Below, piece by piece: positions 49,757-62,500 of a stretch of 64,000 bases of DNA. The notes under the pieces are model-generated. The model had not been told where the DNA came from. It saw nothing but the letters and a program-made list of their open reading frames with translations, and searched no databases. Origin of the DNA: Macrostomum lignano (taxonomy: Eukaryota); NCBI GenBank assembly GCA_002269645.1, contig NIVC01000816.1, forward strand, positions 13,673 through 77,672. Direction: 5' to 3'. Made by a program: the position numbers and the translations under genes. The stretch's first letter is position 1; each line of letters begins with the position of its first letter.

Positions 49757-52700
49757 CTAGTTGAGCTCCTTGTCCACAATGAGCTCGCCAAGGCCGCTGC
49801 CAGCCTTGTTGAGGCGGGCGATGAGTTCCCGCAGATCCCGGATGCCCGTCACCTGCTCGGTCAGGAACTCGGACTCGATGAAGTCCACCAGCTGAAAGTT
49901 CAAGAATTGAGTAGCAATTTGAGGAATATCATGAGGAATACCACGCGCACAGTTATTTGCTATTAAGCTAAAGGTGAGTTTTCGCAGAAAATAAAATAAT
50001 ATGTTAGAATAATAGTCTGCTAAAAATTATGGAAGTCGCTGATTGGCTGGCTGGTGGTTGGAACGTCGGGGCGGATGTTGGGGGTGAGTCAGCTGGGGCA
50101 ACTGACAGCTGACCCAACCAGCCAATCAATGACGTGCGTCAGAGTGTAGGCGGATCAGGTGACCAGGGGATCAGGTGACCTGCTGTCAGTCAGTCACCGT
50201 TTCGACACCGTGCACCCAATGCACCCAATATTTGACATGGTAATTCTGCACCCAATCAGAGCAGCCATCTACAGTAGGACTCACATGCGGGTCGCTCTCC
50301 ATGTCAGCCCGATCTCGCAGTCTGTACAACTCCAGCGTGATGTTCTTCTCGGCGCCAAGAGCCGTCTCGGCTGCGTCAAGGGCGGAGAACCACTCGAACT
50401 TGCTGGGAGGCTGCAACAAAGATGAGTTTGTGGGGCTACATTGAAGCTTAATCTGTAGTCTGAAAAATAAATATAAAATTGTTATAATGACCGGGAACTG
50501 GGATCAGAGGATCAGGTGACCAGGGATCAGGTGACCAGGGGATCAGGTGACCAGGGATCAGGTGACCAGGGATCAGGTGACCAGGGATCAGGTGACCAGG
50601 GAATCAGGTGACCCGGGGATCAGGTGAACAGGGATCAGGTGACCAGGGATCAGGTGACCATGAATCAGGTGACCAGGGGATCAGGTGACCAGGGATCAGG
50701 TGACCAGGGATCAGGTGACCAGGGATCAGGTGACCAGGGAATCAGGTGACCCGGGGATCAGGTGACCAGGGATCAGGTGACTAGGGATCAGGTGACCAGG
50801 GATCAGGTGACCAGGGAATCAGGTGACCCGGGGATCAGGTGACCAGGGATCAGGTGACTAGGGATCAGGTGACCAGGGATCAGGTGACCAGGGAATCAGG
50901 TGACTAGGGATCAGGTGATCAGGGATCAGGTGACCAGGGGATCAGGTGACCAAGGATCAGGTGACTAGGGATCAGGTGATCAGGGATCAGGTGACCAGGG
51001 GATCAGGTGACCAAGTGTTAGGTGGCCAGGTGTTGGTGACCAGATGTTAGGTGACCAGGTGTTAGTTGACCAGATGTTAGGTGACCGGGTGACCAGGCAC
51101 TCACGGTAATTGGCTTCAGCCTGACGTGGCCGCCCCGCATGTTGAGGTAGTCGATCAGTTTGTGTGCATGCTCGCGCTCCTCGTCGGCGGCTTTCTTGAA
51201 GAATTTCTTGAAGCCGGGAAGACCGACGCTGGGCCTGCCGAAGTAGCTGGCCTGCGGGCGTGGCGGTCGGCAAACTCGGTTTTTAGAATTTGAGCCAGGG
51301 ATTTGGATCGAAAGAAACCGGCGTCAAAACCCTGGGGTTCAACTGATCGAGATCCACACGGTGGTGGAGTTTTTAATAAAATTAACAATATAAAAATTAC
51401 CATGAACTTTGAATACGAGCGAAGTGGGCGTGAGCTCAAGGTATCCCCAGAGTATGACGCTCCGTAGGGTATAACATAATTAAGTTGGTTGGGTGGCGAC
51501 CTTGGCAATGCGTGGGATCAGGAAAGACTTACCATTGTCTCGTAGAGGTACATGGCGTTGAACTCTCTTTGGATCTGGTCGTTGATCATCGACACCGAGG
51601 TGCTGTTGAATCGCTGTCGAATTTCTGCGGATTGCGGGGGTTCAGCAACGGCTATGCATGGTTTATACTACTTGCTGAGTAGCTTAAAATCTTGTGTAGA
51701 AGTTTCTGCTCCAGTGGTGAAGATATGGCTTCTCACTGTCTCTCTGGCCACTGCTCGGCTTCTCACTGTCTCTCTGGCCACTGCTCGGCTTCTCACTGTC
51801 TCTCTCTAGCCACTGCTCGGCTTCTCACTGTCTCTCTGGCCACTTCTCGGCGTCTCACTGTCTCTCTGGCCACATGCTTGGCTTCTCACTGTCTCTCTGG
51901 CCACTGCTCGGCTTCTCACTGTCTCTCTGGCCACTGCTCGGCTTCTCACTGTCTCTATGGCCTCTGCTTGGCTTCTCACTGTCTCTCTGGCCACTGCTCG
52001 GCTTCTCACTGTCTCTATGGCCTCTTCTTGGCTTCTCACTGTCTCTCTGGCCACATGCTTGGCTTCTCACTGTCTCTCTGGCCACTGCTCGGCTTCTCAG
52101 TGTCTCTCTGGCCTCTGCTCGGCTTCTCATTGTCTCTCTGGCCACTGCTCGGCTTCTCAGTGTCTCTCTGGCCACTGCTTGGCTTCTCAGTGTCTCTCTG
52201 GCCACTGCTTGGCTTCTCAGTGTCTCTCTGGCCTCTGCTCGGCTTCTCATTGTCTCTCTGGCCACTGCTTGGCTTCTCAGTGTATTTCTGGCCTCTGCTC
52301 GGCTTCTCACTGTCTCTCTGGCCACTGCTCGGCTTCTCACTGTCTCTATGGCCTCTGCTTGGCTTCTCACTGTCTCTCTGGCCACTGCTCGGCTTCTCAC
52401 TGTCTCTATGGCCTCTTCTTGGCTTCTCACTGTCTCTCTGGCCACATGCTTGGCTTCTCACTGTCTCTCTGGCCACTGATCGGCTTCTCAGTGTCTCTCT
52501 GGCCTCTGCTCGGCTTCTCATTGTCTCTCTGGCCACTGCTCAGCTTTTCAGTGTCTCTCTGGCCACTGCTTGGCTTCTCAGTGTCTCTCTGGCCTCTGCT
52601 CGGCTTCTCATTGTCTCTCTGGCCACTGCTTGGCTTCTCAGTGTATCTCTGGCCACTGCTCGGCTTCTCAGTGTCTCTCTGGCCACTGCTCGGCTTCTCA

Positions 52701-53153
52701 TTGTCTCTCTGGCCACTGCTCGGCTTCTCACTGTCTCTCTGGCCACATGCTTGGCTTCTCACTGTCTCTCTGGCCACTGCTCGGCTTCTCACTGTCTCTC
52801 TGGCCACTGCTTGGCTTCTCAGTGTCTCTATGGCCTCTGCTCGGCTTCTCAATACTCATCTGAGAGTTATGCGCTTTATAAAAGGGATTTTCACGAGTCA
52901 ATCGATCTGAGTAAAAACTTTACTAGAGGCTAAAATTGAGATTTCATTTTAGCTTCATGCAATAACTTATCTCACTAATTATCAAAATCGGCCTTCGAAT
53001 CATAAAATAATGTGAAGGTGGCGATAGCCCAGATCACGAGTAGCACCGAAGGCCGGACAATGGCAACTCACCGAGAGCCTCATCGTCACCCTGCTGCATG
53101 GAGACAACCACCAGGTGCAGCAGAATCGCTGAGAGCAGAGATAACCGGGCCAT
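49757..53153 (-). CDS. Secreted ferritin, copy C, 5 exons (53153-53072, 51651-51533, 51251-51105, 50410-50285, 49891-49757), 202 aa; ferroxidase centre intact
   Basis: Exon lengths are identical to copy A (82, 119, 147, 126, 135). Signal peptide MARLSLLSAILLHLVVVS; helix B FFKKAADEEREHAHKL; all GT-AG. Confidence 0.92.
50505..51095. repeat. 15-16-bp GGGATCAGGTGACCA minisatellite in ferritin C intron 3
   Basis: Direct reading. Confidence 0.9.
51726..52850. repeat. 30-bp minisatellite in ferritin C intron 1, about 37 units
   Basis: GGCTTCTCACTGTCTCTCTGGCCACTGCTC; source of the long repetitive ORFs at 51692-52933. Confidence 0.95.
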
Positions 53154-53534
53154 TGTCGCTTGTGTTGGTTTTGTGTCAAAGAGTAAGTCAACTTGGCTTG
53201 GTAAGAATTGAGAGTCCTTTAAATTATTTAAACTAAAGAAATTCCGAAGTGACTACCAATTCATATTGAAAGTCAGAGACCGTCTTATCAGTAGGTCAAG
53301 AAATGCCAGCACAGGAAACTTGTTATCGCCGTGGCCTCTGGTTGAACTCTGCATTTTGCTGACAACTTTCACAGACGCCTCTCGCTGCTCACGACTCTCC
53401 GACCCTGCAACTCACCTGGCAACGGCTTTGCGTCATTGACACTGCTCTGCGTGCCAGCTGGGCTCAGTGCGTGTTATTCAAATCGCCTTGCACTTTAAGG
53501 GAACTTTGCTCTGCGGTGGACAGGTCAGATTTCA

Positions 53535-55179
53535 CTCTGCTCACACTGATTCTCGTGTCTAATGAGCTCAGCTCACACTGATTCCCGTGTCTAATGAGCT
53601 CAGCTCACACTGATTCCCGTGTCTAATGAGCTCAGCTCACATTGATTCTCGTGTCTAATGAGCTCTGCTCACACTGATTCCCGTGTCTAATGAGCTCTGC
53701 TCACACTGATTCCCGTGTCTAATGAGCTCAGCTCACACTGATTCCCGTGTCTAATGAGCTCAGCTCACACTGATTCCCGTGTCTAATGAGCTCAGCTCAC
53801 ACTGATTCCCGTGTCTAATGAGCTCAGCTCACACTGATTCCCGTGTCTAATGAGCTCAGCTCACATTGATTCTCGTGTCTAATGAGCTCTGCTCACACTG
53901 ATTCCCGTGTCTAATGAGCTCAGCTCACACTGATTCCCGTGTCTAATGAGCTCAGCTCACATTGATTCTCGTGTCTAATGAACTCTGCTCACACTGATTC
54001 TCGTGTCTAATGAGCTCTGCTCACACTGATTCTCGTGTCTAATGAGCTCTGCTCACACTGATTCCCGTGTCTAATGAGCTCAGCTCACACTGATTCCCGT
54101 GTCTAATGAGCTCAGCTCACATTGATTCTCGTGTCTAATGAGCTCTGCTCACACTGATTCCCGTGTCTAATGAGCTCTGCTCACACTGATTCCCGTGTCT
54201 AATGAGCTCAGCTCACACTGATTCCCGTGTCTAATGAGCTCAGCTCACACTGATTCCCGTGTCTAATGAGCTCAGCTCACACTGATTCCCGTGTCTAATG
54301 AGCTCAGCTCACACTGATTCCCGTGTCTAATGAGCTCAGCTCACATTGATTCTCGTGTCTAATGAGCTCTGCTCACACTGATTCCCGTGTCTAATGAGCT
54401 CAGCTCACACTGATTCCCGTGTCTAATGAGCTCAGCTCACATTGATTCTCGTGTCTAATGAACTCTGCTCACACTGATTCTCGTGTCTAATGAGCTCTGC
54501 TCACACTGATTCTCGTGTCTAATGAGCTCTGCTCACACTGATTCCCGTGTCTAATGAGCTCAGCTCACACTGATTCTCGTGTCTAATGAGCTCAGCTCAC
54601 ATTGATTCTCGTGTCTAATGAACTCTGCTCACACTGATTCTCGTGTCTAATGAACTCAGCTCACACTGTTTCTCATGTCTAATGAGCTCAGCTCACACTG
54701 TTTCTCATGTCTAATGAGCTCTGCTCACACTGTTTCTCATGTCTAATGAGCTCTGCTCACACTGTTTCTCATGTCTAATGAACTCAGCTCACACTGTTTC
54801 TCATGTCTAATGAGCTCAGCTCACACTGTTTCTCATGTCTAATGAGCTCAGCTCACACTGTTTCTCATGTCTAATGAGCTCTGCTCACACTGTTTCTCAT
54901 GTCTAATGAGCTCTGCTCACACTGTTTCTCATGTCTAATGAGCTCTGCTCACACTGATTTTCGTGTTTAATGAACTCAGCTCACACTGATTCTCGTGTCT
55001 AATGAACTCTGCTCACACTGATTTTCGTGTTTAATGAACTCTGCTCACACTGATTTTCGTGTTTAATGAACTCAGCTCACACTGATTCTCGTGTCTAATG
55101 AGCTCAGCTCACACTGATTCTCGTGTCTAATGAGCTCAGCTCACACTGATTCTCGTGTCTAATGAGCTCAGCTCACACT
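53535..55179. repeat. 32-bp minisatellite upstream of ferritin C, about 51 units, with a 480-bp higher-order duplication
   Basis: ATTCCCGTGTCTAATGAGCTCAGCTCACACTG; the block at 53581 recurs at 54061. Confidence 0.95.
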
Positions 55180-55301
55180 AATAGATTTCAAAGGAATTTG
55201 TCAAATATCAAGGATTAAGTAATTTCACCTGTATCAGTATTTACTGAAGCGTCCAGAAATCTATCTATTAAAAGTAGAATTTGTCCGTATATTCTGGTCA
55301 G

Positions 55302-56504
55302 TCAGTCAGTCAGCCGCAGCGGCAGTCGCTCCCAGTGCAGGTCGCAGGAGCCAGACGGCACGGATTCGTACGGATGGCGGCACTGCACGATGAAGAACAG
55401 GCGGCTGCAGCTGCCGCAGCAGCATTTCTGCCGCCAATTCGGTTCCCGCCTGATCGCCTCATCCGAGTAGCAGTAGTGACGGCGCAGCACGGACTGGCTG
55501 ACCTCCCGCTTCCGGCGCAGCAGAGCCTGAGTCTGACCGGACGGAGCGGACAGTATCTGGGAGAAGTACGAGCTGTCGCTGTCAGTCAACGAGCGGTTCT
55601 GCCTGCGCCTCAGGTTCTGCTCCAGCTCTCGGACCATCGACACTGAGACGGAGAGGTGGGGTTGCGGGTCCCATATGACCGCTGGAGGCAGGCGCACTTT
55701 GAAGCAGCTCAGAGCGCAGAAAACAACTGCTCTGTGATCGAAACAATGCAATTTATGATCGCAGAGAGAAGCAACTCTATGATCGCAGAGTGAAGCAACT
55801 CTATAACCCAATGGAACCGCCATTCTATGACTACAGACGCAGAGAAACGCTAGTCTATGACCGCAGAGAAAAGCCAGTCTATGACCGCAGAGAAACGCCA
55901 GTCTATGACCGCAGAGAAAAGCCAGTCTATGACCGCAGAGAAACGCCAGTCTATGACCGCAAAGAAAGCCAGTCTATGACTATGACCGAGGAGAAACGCC
56001 AGTCTATGACCGCAGAGAAACGTCAGTCTATGACCGGCAGGGCGCACAGGAAAGCCCGAACTTGAACTCACGGCCGGTCCTGTATCCGTACTTGAAGATC
56101 GGGTGAACCCCGTTCCGGTTTCGGCAAAAACTCTCCCGATAGTACAAGTAGAGCTCCGATGAGCAGACCGTGCCTTCGCTTTCTCTCTGCAGTCATTTTT
56201 AGCGACTTCTGATTTTTAGCGAATGACTGATTTGACAAAAAACATTTTTATTGCAAAAGTAGTAAGCTTTGAAAGTTGTCGCTTACTAAATAAGAAGGCC
56301 GGACACCTGCAATTTCAGAATTACAGTTCAGATAGTGAAAATATCAATATACATTCTGTGATTGGCTGGCTCTCTCTCCCTCTCTCTACTAGGTGTTACT
56401 CTGCTGGTCTCTGATTGGCTGGGTCTCTCTCCCTGTCTCTGCTCAGTGTTACTCTGATTGGCTGACTCTCTCTCTCCAGCCTGTCACTCTGCTGGTCTCT
56501 AATT

Positions 56505-56577
<73 letters not shown>

Positions 56578-59500
56578 CAGCTGACCAGCTTGTTACTCTG
56601 CTGGTCTCTGATTGGCTGGCTCTCTCTCTCTCGCTGACCAGCCTGTCACTCTGCTGATCTCTGATTGGCTGGCTCTCTCTCTCTCTCTCTCATTCTCTCT
56701 GACTAGCCTGTTACTCCGCTGGTCTCTGATTGGCTGTAGGCTTGAAGGCTCTCAGTAATTTTGGATATCTTGATAGGCATGCCGGGGCTGCCACACTCAC
56801 GCATAACCATGTGCGCCTCGAGCGTGAATCCCTTGTGCGTCTCCACGGAGCGATTCCGACTTGCCGGAGCTCGGTCGGTCACGAAGACTACGGTCATGTA
56901 GGAAGCGTCGGCTTTGAGGTAGTTCGTCAGTCCTTGCGCCGTGATCCACGGGTACTTCGGCCGATGCTCTCCGTTGCCATAGAAACGCTTTATCAACTTT
57001 CCGGACGTTCCCCGGCCTTCGTATACGTCAACATAGTCTCTGTCGCTAGCTGTGCGGAACTCCGGGAACGTCAGCAGGACTGAGTGAGTCGAGGAGCCGC
57101 CGATGAGCCACTGGCAGCGCAGGGCCGTCTCGTAGGGCTTCGAACCGTAGTGCAGGTGACTGCGGAGCCTGCCGTTGCACTGATCGCCTCGCGACTTGAA
57201 GGTCATTGAGCCGCAACCTGCAGCACAGGTGGGTCAGTTAGTTAGGTGGGTCAGTAGCCAAATTGGTCAGTAGGTCAGTTGGGTCAGTTAGTCAGGTGGG
57301 TCAGTTAGTCAGGTGGGTCAGTTGGTCAGGTGGGTCAGTTAGTCAGGTGGGTCAGTTAGTCAGGTGGGTCAGTTAGTCAGGTGGGTCAGTTAGTCAGGTG
57401 GGTCAGTTGGTCAGGTGGGTCAGTTAGTCAGGTGGGTCAGTTAGTCAGGTGGGTCAGTTAGTCAGGTGGGTCAGTAGCCAAATTGGTCAGTAGGTCAGTT
57501 GGGTCAGTTAGTCAGGTGGGTCAGTTAGTCAGGTGGGTCAGTTGGTCAGGTGGGTCAGTTAGTCAGGTGGGTCAGTTAGTCAGGTGGGTCAGTTAGTCAG
57601 GTGGGTCAGTTAGTCAGGTGGGTCAGTTAGTCAGGTGGGTCAGTTGGTCAGGTGGGTCAGTTAGTCAGTTGGGTCAGTTAGTCAGGTGGGTCAGTAGGTC
57701 AGGTGGGTCAGTTAGTCAGGTGGGTCAGTCAGTCAGGTGGGTCAGTTAGTCAGGTGGGTCAGTTAGTCAGGTGGGTCAGTTAGTCAGGTGGGTCAGACTA
57801 GGCCCATGGGCTAAGGTCTGCGATGCTTCACGCCTGCCCCTATCTTCAGCAGGTCAAGGCTGGTGGGAGGTCTGCACCCTCTATTTGCCTCTGGCAGCCG
57901 CAGACCCCCCCACGCTGTCTCGAAAGTCGACCCAGGGTACTCGTGTCTGCAAATTAATTTACAGCATTGCGTATCTGCGTCAGTAAATCTGATGAAGATT
58001 GCTGAGCTGTACAGGCCAGGCCTCATCCTGATCCAGGAACCCTGGATGCGCAACGGTAAGTTGCCCAACATTCCCTCTGGCTACTCTGATTTTTATGTGT
58101 GTGGCCCGGGGAACAGCCGCCCTAGAGCGGCTATCCTCGCTGCCAGCCATCTCCAGGCTTGGCTGAGGACTGATCTCTCTGATGGAGACCTTTGCGTCAT
58201 CCAATCTAATCATTTCTCTCCGCGTACGTGTCTTGTTGCCTCGGTTTATATCCCAGGCGACAGAGACCCTGCTCCTGAGAGTTTACTGCGCCTCGCGCAG
58301 TACTGCGAGTCCCAGAACGCTGAGCTGTGCTTAGGGGGCGACCTCAACGCGCACCACAAGCACTGGGGCAGCAAAGATACCAACACTAGAGGAGAGGAGC
58401 TTCTGGCCCTCATCTCTAACACAAACCTCATGCTCTGCAACCACGGCAGCACTTCTACCTTTAATAATGGCAGATGGACCGAGGTCCTCGACGCCACACT
58501 CGTTACCCCAAGACTCTTTGACAGAGTTGAAGAGTGGAGAGTCTGATCTGAGGAGCCCTCCCAGTCTGACCACTGCTTTATCGCCTTTAACATCGCGGAC
58601 ACTAAAACCCAGTCTCCGATCACTTGGAGACGCAATATCCGCAACACTGATTGGGCGGCCTACAAGGCTGCCCTTGATCTGCACCTGCAGGAACTCACGG
58701 ACTTACGTCCGATTGAGACCTGCGAGGATGTGGATCATATGGCTGAGACGCTGACAGGTTGCATTATTGCAGCCTACGTAGCGGCTTGTCCTGCTCGCGC
58801 CTACAAAGGCAAGACCTCGGCGCCGTGGTGGAACCCGGAGCTGGGGAAACTCAGGCGGAAGGCCAAAAGCCTTCATCGCCGTGCCATGAAGACCGGAAAC
58901 CCGGAGGACATGGAGCTTTTCCGGCAAGCCTCCCGCAATTTCAAATCTGAAGTGCGCAAGGCCAAGGAATGTAAGTGGCGCCAATTCTGCAATGAATTGG
59001 ATCAAGACAGACCTACTTCTAGGCTTGTCAAGGCCCTTACAATGGACAAAATGTCCAAATTAGCCATGATCAAAAAAGATGATGGCTCTCTTACTAAAGA
59101 CCCTGAAGAAGTGCTTCAGCATATGCTTAGCACATTCTTCCCGAGGGTACCTACTGCTAGACCGGAGCCCAACCATTCGATGGATGGAGCCACCCTAGCG
59201 GCGGGCATTGTCACTGAAGACCTAATCGCTCGTGCGGTCAGAACCTTCAAACCCTTCAAATCTCCTGGACCAGATGGTATCTACCCTGTTCTCCTTCGTG
59301 AAGCAGCCAAGATACGAGGGGCACTATTAAAGTTCTGAGCCTTAATATGAAAGAGAGGATGCAGAAAATTCTGAAAAGTTGACAATAGACTATTAACATG
59401 TGGCGCTTTTAGAGCCTAAAGTTTCAACACTTTGCCACTATAAGATCTTGGTCAGGCTCAGAACTTTAATAGTGCCCCTCGTACCCTCGTTCCTGAGACT

Positions 59501-62500
59501 CACCCGCAATCTTATGCGGGCCTCTATCCAGCTGGGATACGTTCCCAAATGCTGGATTGAAGCTCGGGTAGTCTTTATTCCCAAACCTGGGAAGGGTGAC
59601 TACCAAAGCGTCAAGGCCTTCCGGCCTATTAGCTTAACGTCAGCGATGCTTAAGCTCACTGAGAGGCTTATTCTCTGGCGGCTGCTGTCCTGCGAGCTGA
59701 CAGCGATGCCCCTCAGCAATAATCAGCACGCCTTCCGTACCGGGAGGTCGACTGACAGCGCCCTGCATGCGATTGTCGAGAAGATTGAAAGGGCGGTACT
59801 GGGTGACGGTTACGCCCTGGCTCTCTTTCTCGACATTGTTGGCGCCTTCGACAACGTTATCTTTGAAGCGTTTCAGAGGGCCCTTCAAAATCGCAAAGCT
59901 CATGCTACCCTCATACGGTGGATCATGTACATGATCTCCAACCGTACGGTCACTGCCCAACTTCTTGGGCAAACTGCCTCCACCAGAGTCTGTAAGGGTG
60001 GACCCCAAGGCGGAGTCCTCACCCCGACGCTCTGGAACCTGGTCATGGACGCTCTTTTGAGTGACTCCCGACCCGACCCCGTCTTCAAAGTCGGGTATGC
60101 TGATGACGTCACGGCCATTGTGGCAGGACCGTCTCCCAGCACGCTCAGGGATCTGATGCAGAGCTTTATCCGCAAAGCAGAATCCTGGGCCAATGACAAT
60201 GGTCTGGAACTCTCTGAGCCCAAAACCGTTGCCATTATGTTTACCAGCAGACTACGCTGGAACATACGTCCTCTGCAGCTCTACGGCAGAGATATTGCCT
60301 TCGCGCACCAGACCAGATGTCTCGGGGTCATACTTGACCACCGGCTCAACTGGTCCTCCCACGTGAAAGCAAAAGCCAAGCGTGCCTCAGCCATCCTGGC
60401 CCAGCTCCGACGAGCACTTGGCACTTCTTGGGGTCTATCCCCAAAGCGGCTTTGGTGGATCTATACTTCCGTAGTTAGACCTGCCATTACGTACGCCTCT
60501 GTTGTCTGGGTTAGCGCTACCCAGGTCAAAAGCCATGCAGACCTGCTCAACACAATCCAAGGCAGAGCGTGTAGGCTCATCTGCAACGCCACCAGGTCCA
60601 CGCCCTTTGCTGGCATGGGGGCCTTCCTTAATCTACCGCCTCTTGACCTCTTCGTCAGGGGTGAGGCGGCTAGAACGACGCGGCGTCTAATTGATGCCGG
60701 CGTCAAATTCATTTACATGAGAGCACCTGCTAAACGGAACCTTGTCCCGCATAGCGATCTGTGCCTCAACTTTCTCAACGAGTGTCAGGCCAATCGCGTC
60801 TTCACCGATGGCATTGCCTCAACGCTCAACCTGAGACAGCGCTACTCCGTAGCTATCGACTCGCGCGATAACATCAATGACCATTGGAACCCTGGTGAGC
60901 TTCATTGCTACACCGACGGTTCTAAGCAGTCAGCCAACACCGGCTTTGGTGTTGGAATCTTTCTGAACGGGAGGGTCATCGCTACCCACGCTCAATACAC
61001 TGGGGTCAACTCCAGTGTTTTCCAAAATGAAGTTCTGGCCATCAGCTCCTGCACTGCAGAGCTTCTCGCCACTGGCGTTACTGGTAAGAACATCATTTTC
61101 CATTCGGACAGCCAAGCTGCCTTGCACGCCATCAGTGGCTGCAGCACCAACTCTGCTACAGTCCTCGACTGTATCAAACTCCTCAACGTGTTGGGTTCCG
61201 CCAACAAAATTACCCTTAAGTGGGTTCCGGGGCATGTGGGGATCCGAGGAAATGAGTTGGCTGACACCCTTGCAAAAGTTGGTGCCTCCGGCTCCTCTCT
61301 CGGCCCCGAACCTCTTGTCCCGATTCCTGGCTGTGTCATCGACTCGCGCATCAAAGCGTGGATCAGGACTCAACACCGCTTGACTTGGGCGAACCGCACG
61401 AACTGCAGGCAATCCAGAGGCGCTGTCCCTCAGCCCTCTCACCAGCTCCGGAAGCTCCTCTTGCGCCTCTCGCGCAGAGACATCCGGGCTGCCACCATGA
61501 CCCTCTCTGGTCACGGCTGCTTCTCCAGGCACCAGTACCTGCAGGGCAACGCCACCAACGCCACCTGTAGTTTCTGCAACTCAGGTGACGAAACCGCTGA
61601 GCATTTCGTCAGCATCTGTCCCGCCTTCACGCGGGCCAGACTCACTTACCTCGGGCCACACACATCTATTACTGAAGCGTGCAAACCCGAAAACTTTAAT
61701 CAGCTCATGCGCTACCTTCGGGCCACCCGCAGGGCTGAACTCTCCTTTCCAGAGAGCACCATAGCTGCTGGCGACACTGGGGGACCTCCCTGGGCGGCGC
61801 CAACCCTCCGTCCATAGCGACGCGTCGGCCGTTCAGGGACTAGCGGAATGGGCGCCCGCGCCTTCCCACTGTGTCCCCTCCGGGACAGCCCTGCAGCTAA
61901 GTCAAGTAAGTAAGTCAGGTGGGTCAGTTAGTCAGGTGGGTCAGTTAGTCAGGTGGGTCAGTTGGTCAGGTGGGTCAGTCAGTCAGGTGGGTCAGTTAGT
62001 CAGGTGGGTCAGTTAGTCAGGTGGGTCAGTTAGTCAGGTGGGTCAGTTAGTCAGGTGGGTCAGTAGGTCAGGTGGGTCAGTAGGTCAGGTGGGTCAGTTA
62101 GTCAGGTGGGTCAGTTAGGTGGGTCAGTTAGTCAGGTGGGTCAGTTAGTCAGGTGGGTCAGTTAGTCAGGTTGGTCAGTTAGTCAGGCCCCTATTTACCT
62201 CCAGGCCTTCCGTAGGCCACCAGCTCGCACAGCGACAGGGAAGCCCTGTCAGCCAGGGCGGTCACGGTGATCTCGGTGCCAGCCAGGTGGCAGTCGAACG
62301 TTTTCTTCTCGAACTCGGACCCGTTGATCACCTTGACGCAGACTGTCAGCTCGATGGAGACGCTGAAGTGCCGAGTCCATTGGCGATTGTCCCGACGGGA
62401 GTAGAGCGTCAGCTGCTCAAATACAAAGCTGGGATGCACGCGGGCCTTCCACCAGGGCTGGTAGCTGACCTTGGTCTGGGCGCAGCGCCCGAACTGGTGG

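Noticed and set aside
51692-52933. Long repetitive ORFs (up to 413 aa), and similar ones at 1331-2911, 11872-16870, 26403-26895, 37883-38375 and 48546-49294
   Set aside because: Translations of tandem repeats, open in several frames and both strands; most lie within introns defined by the real genes.
53535-55179. Array of metal-response or antioxidant-response elements upstream of ferritin
   Set aside because: The unit has TGCTCAC and TGAGCTCAGC, which miss the MRE (TGCRCNC) and ARE (TGA[C/G]NNNGC) consensus.
56703-56800. Sushi/CCP domain start (CGSPGMP) after the CUB domain
   Set aside because: It lies just past consensus donor sites (GTGAGT at 56800), and the frame then runs into repeat-derived sequence and a stop; probably intronic.
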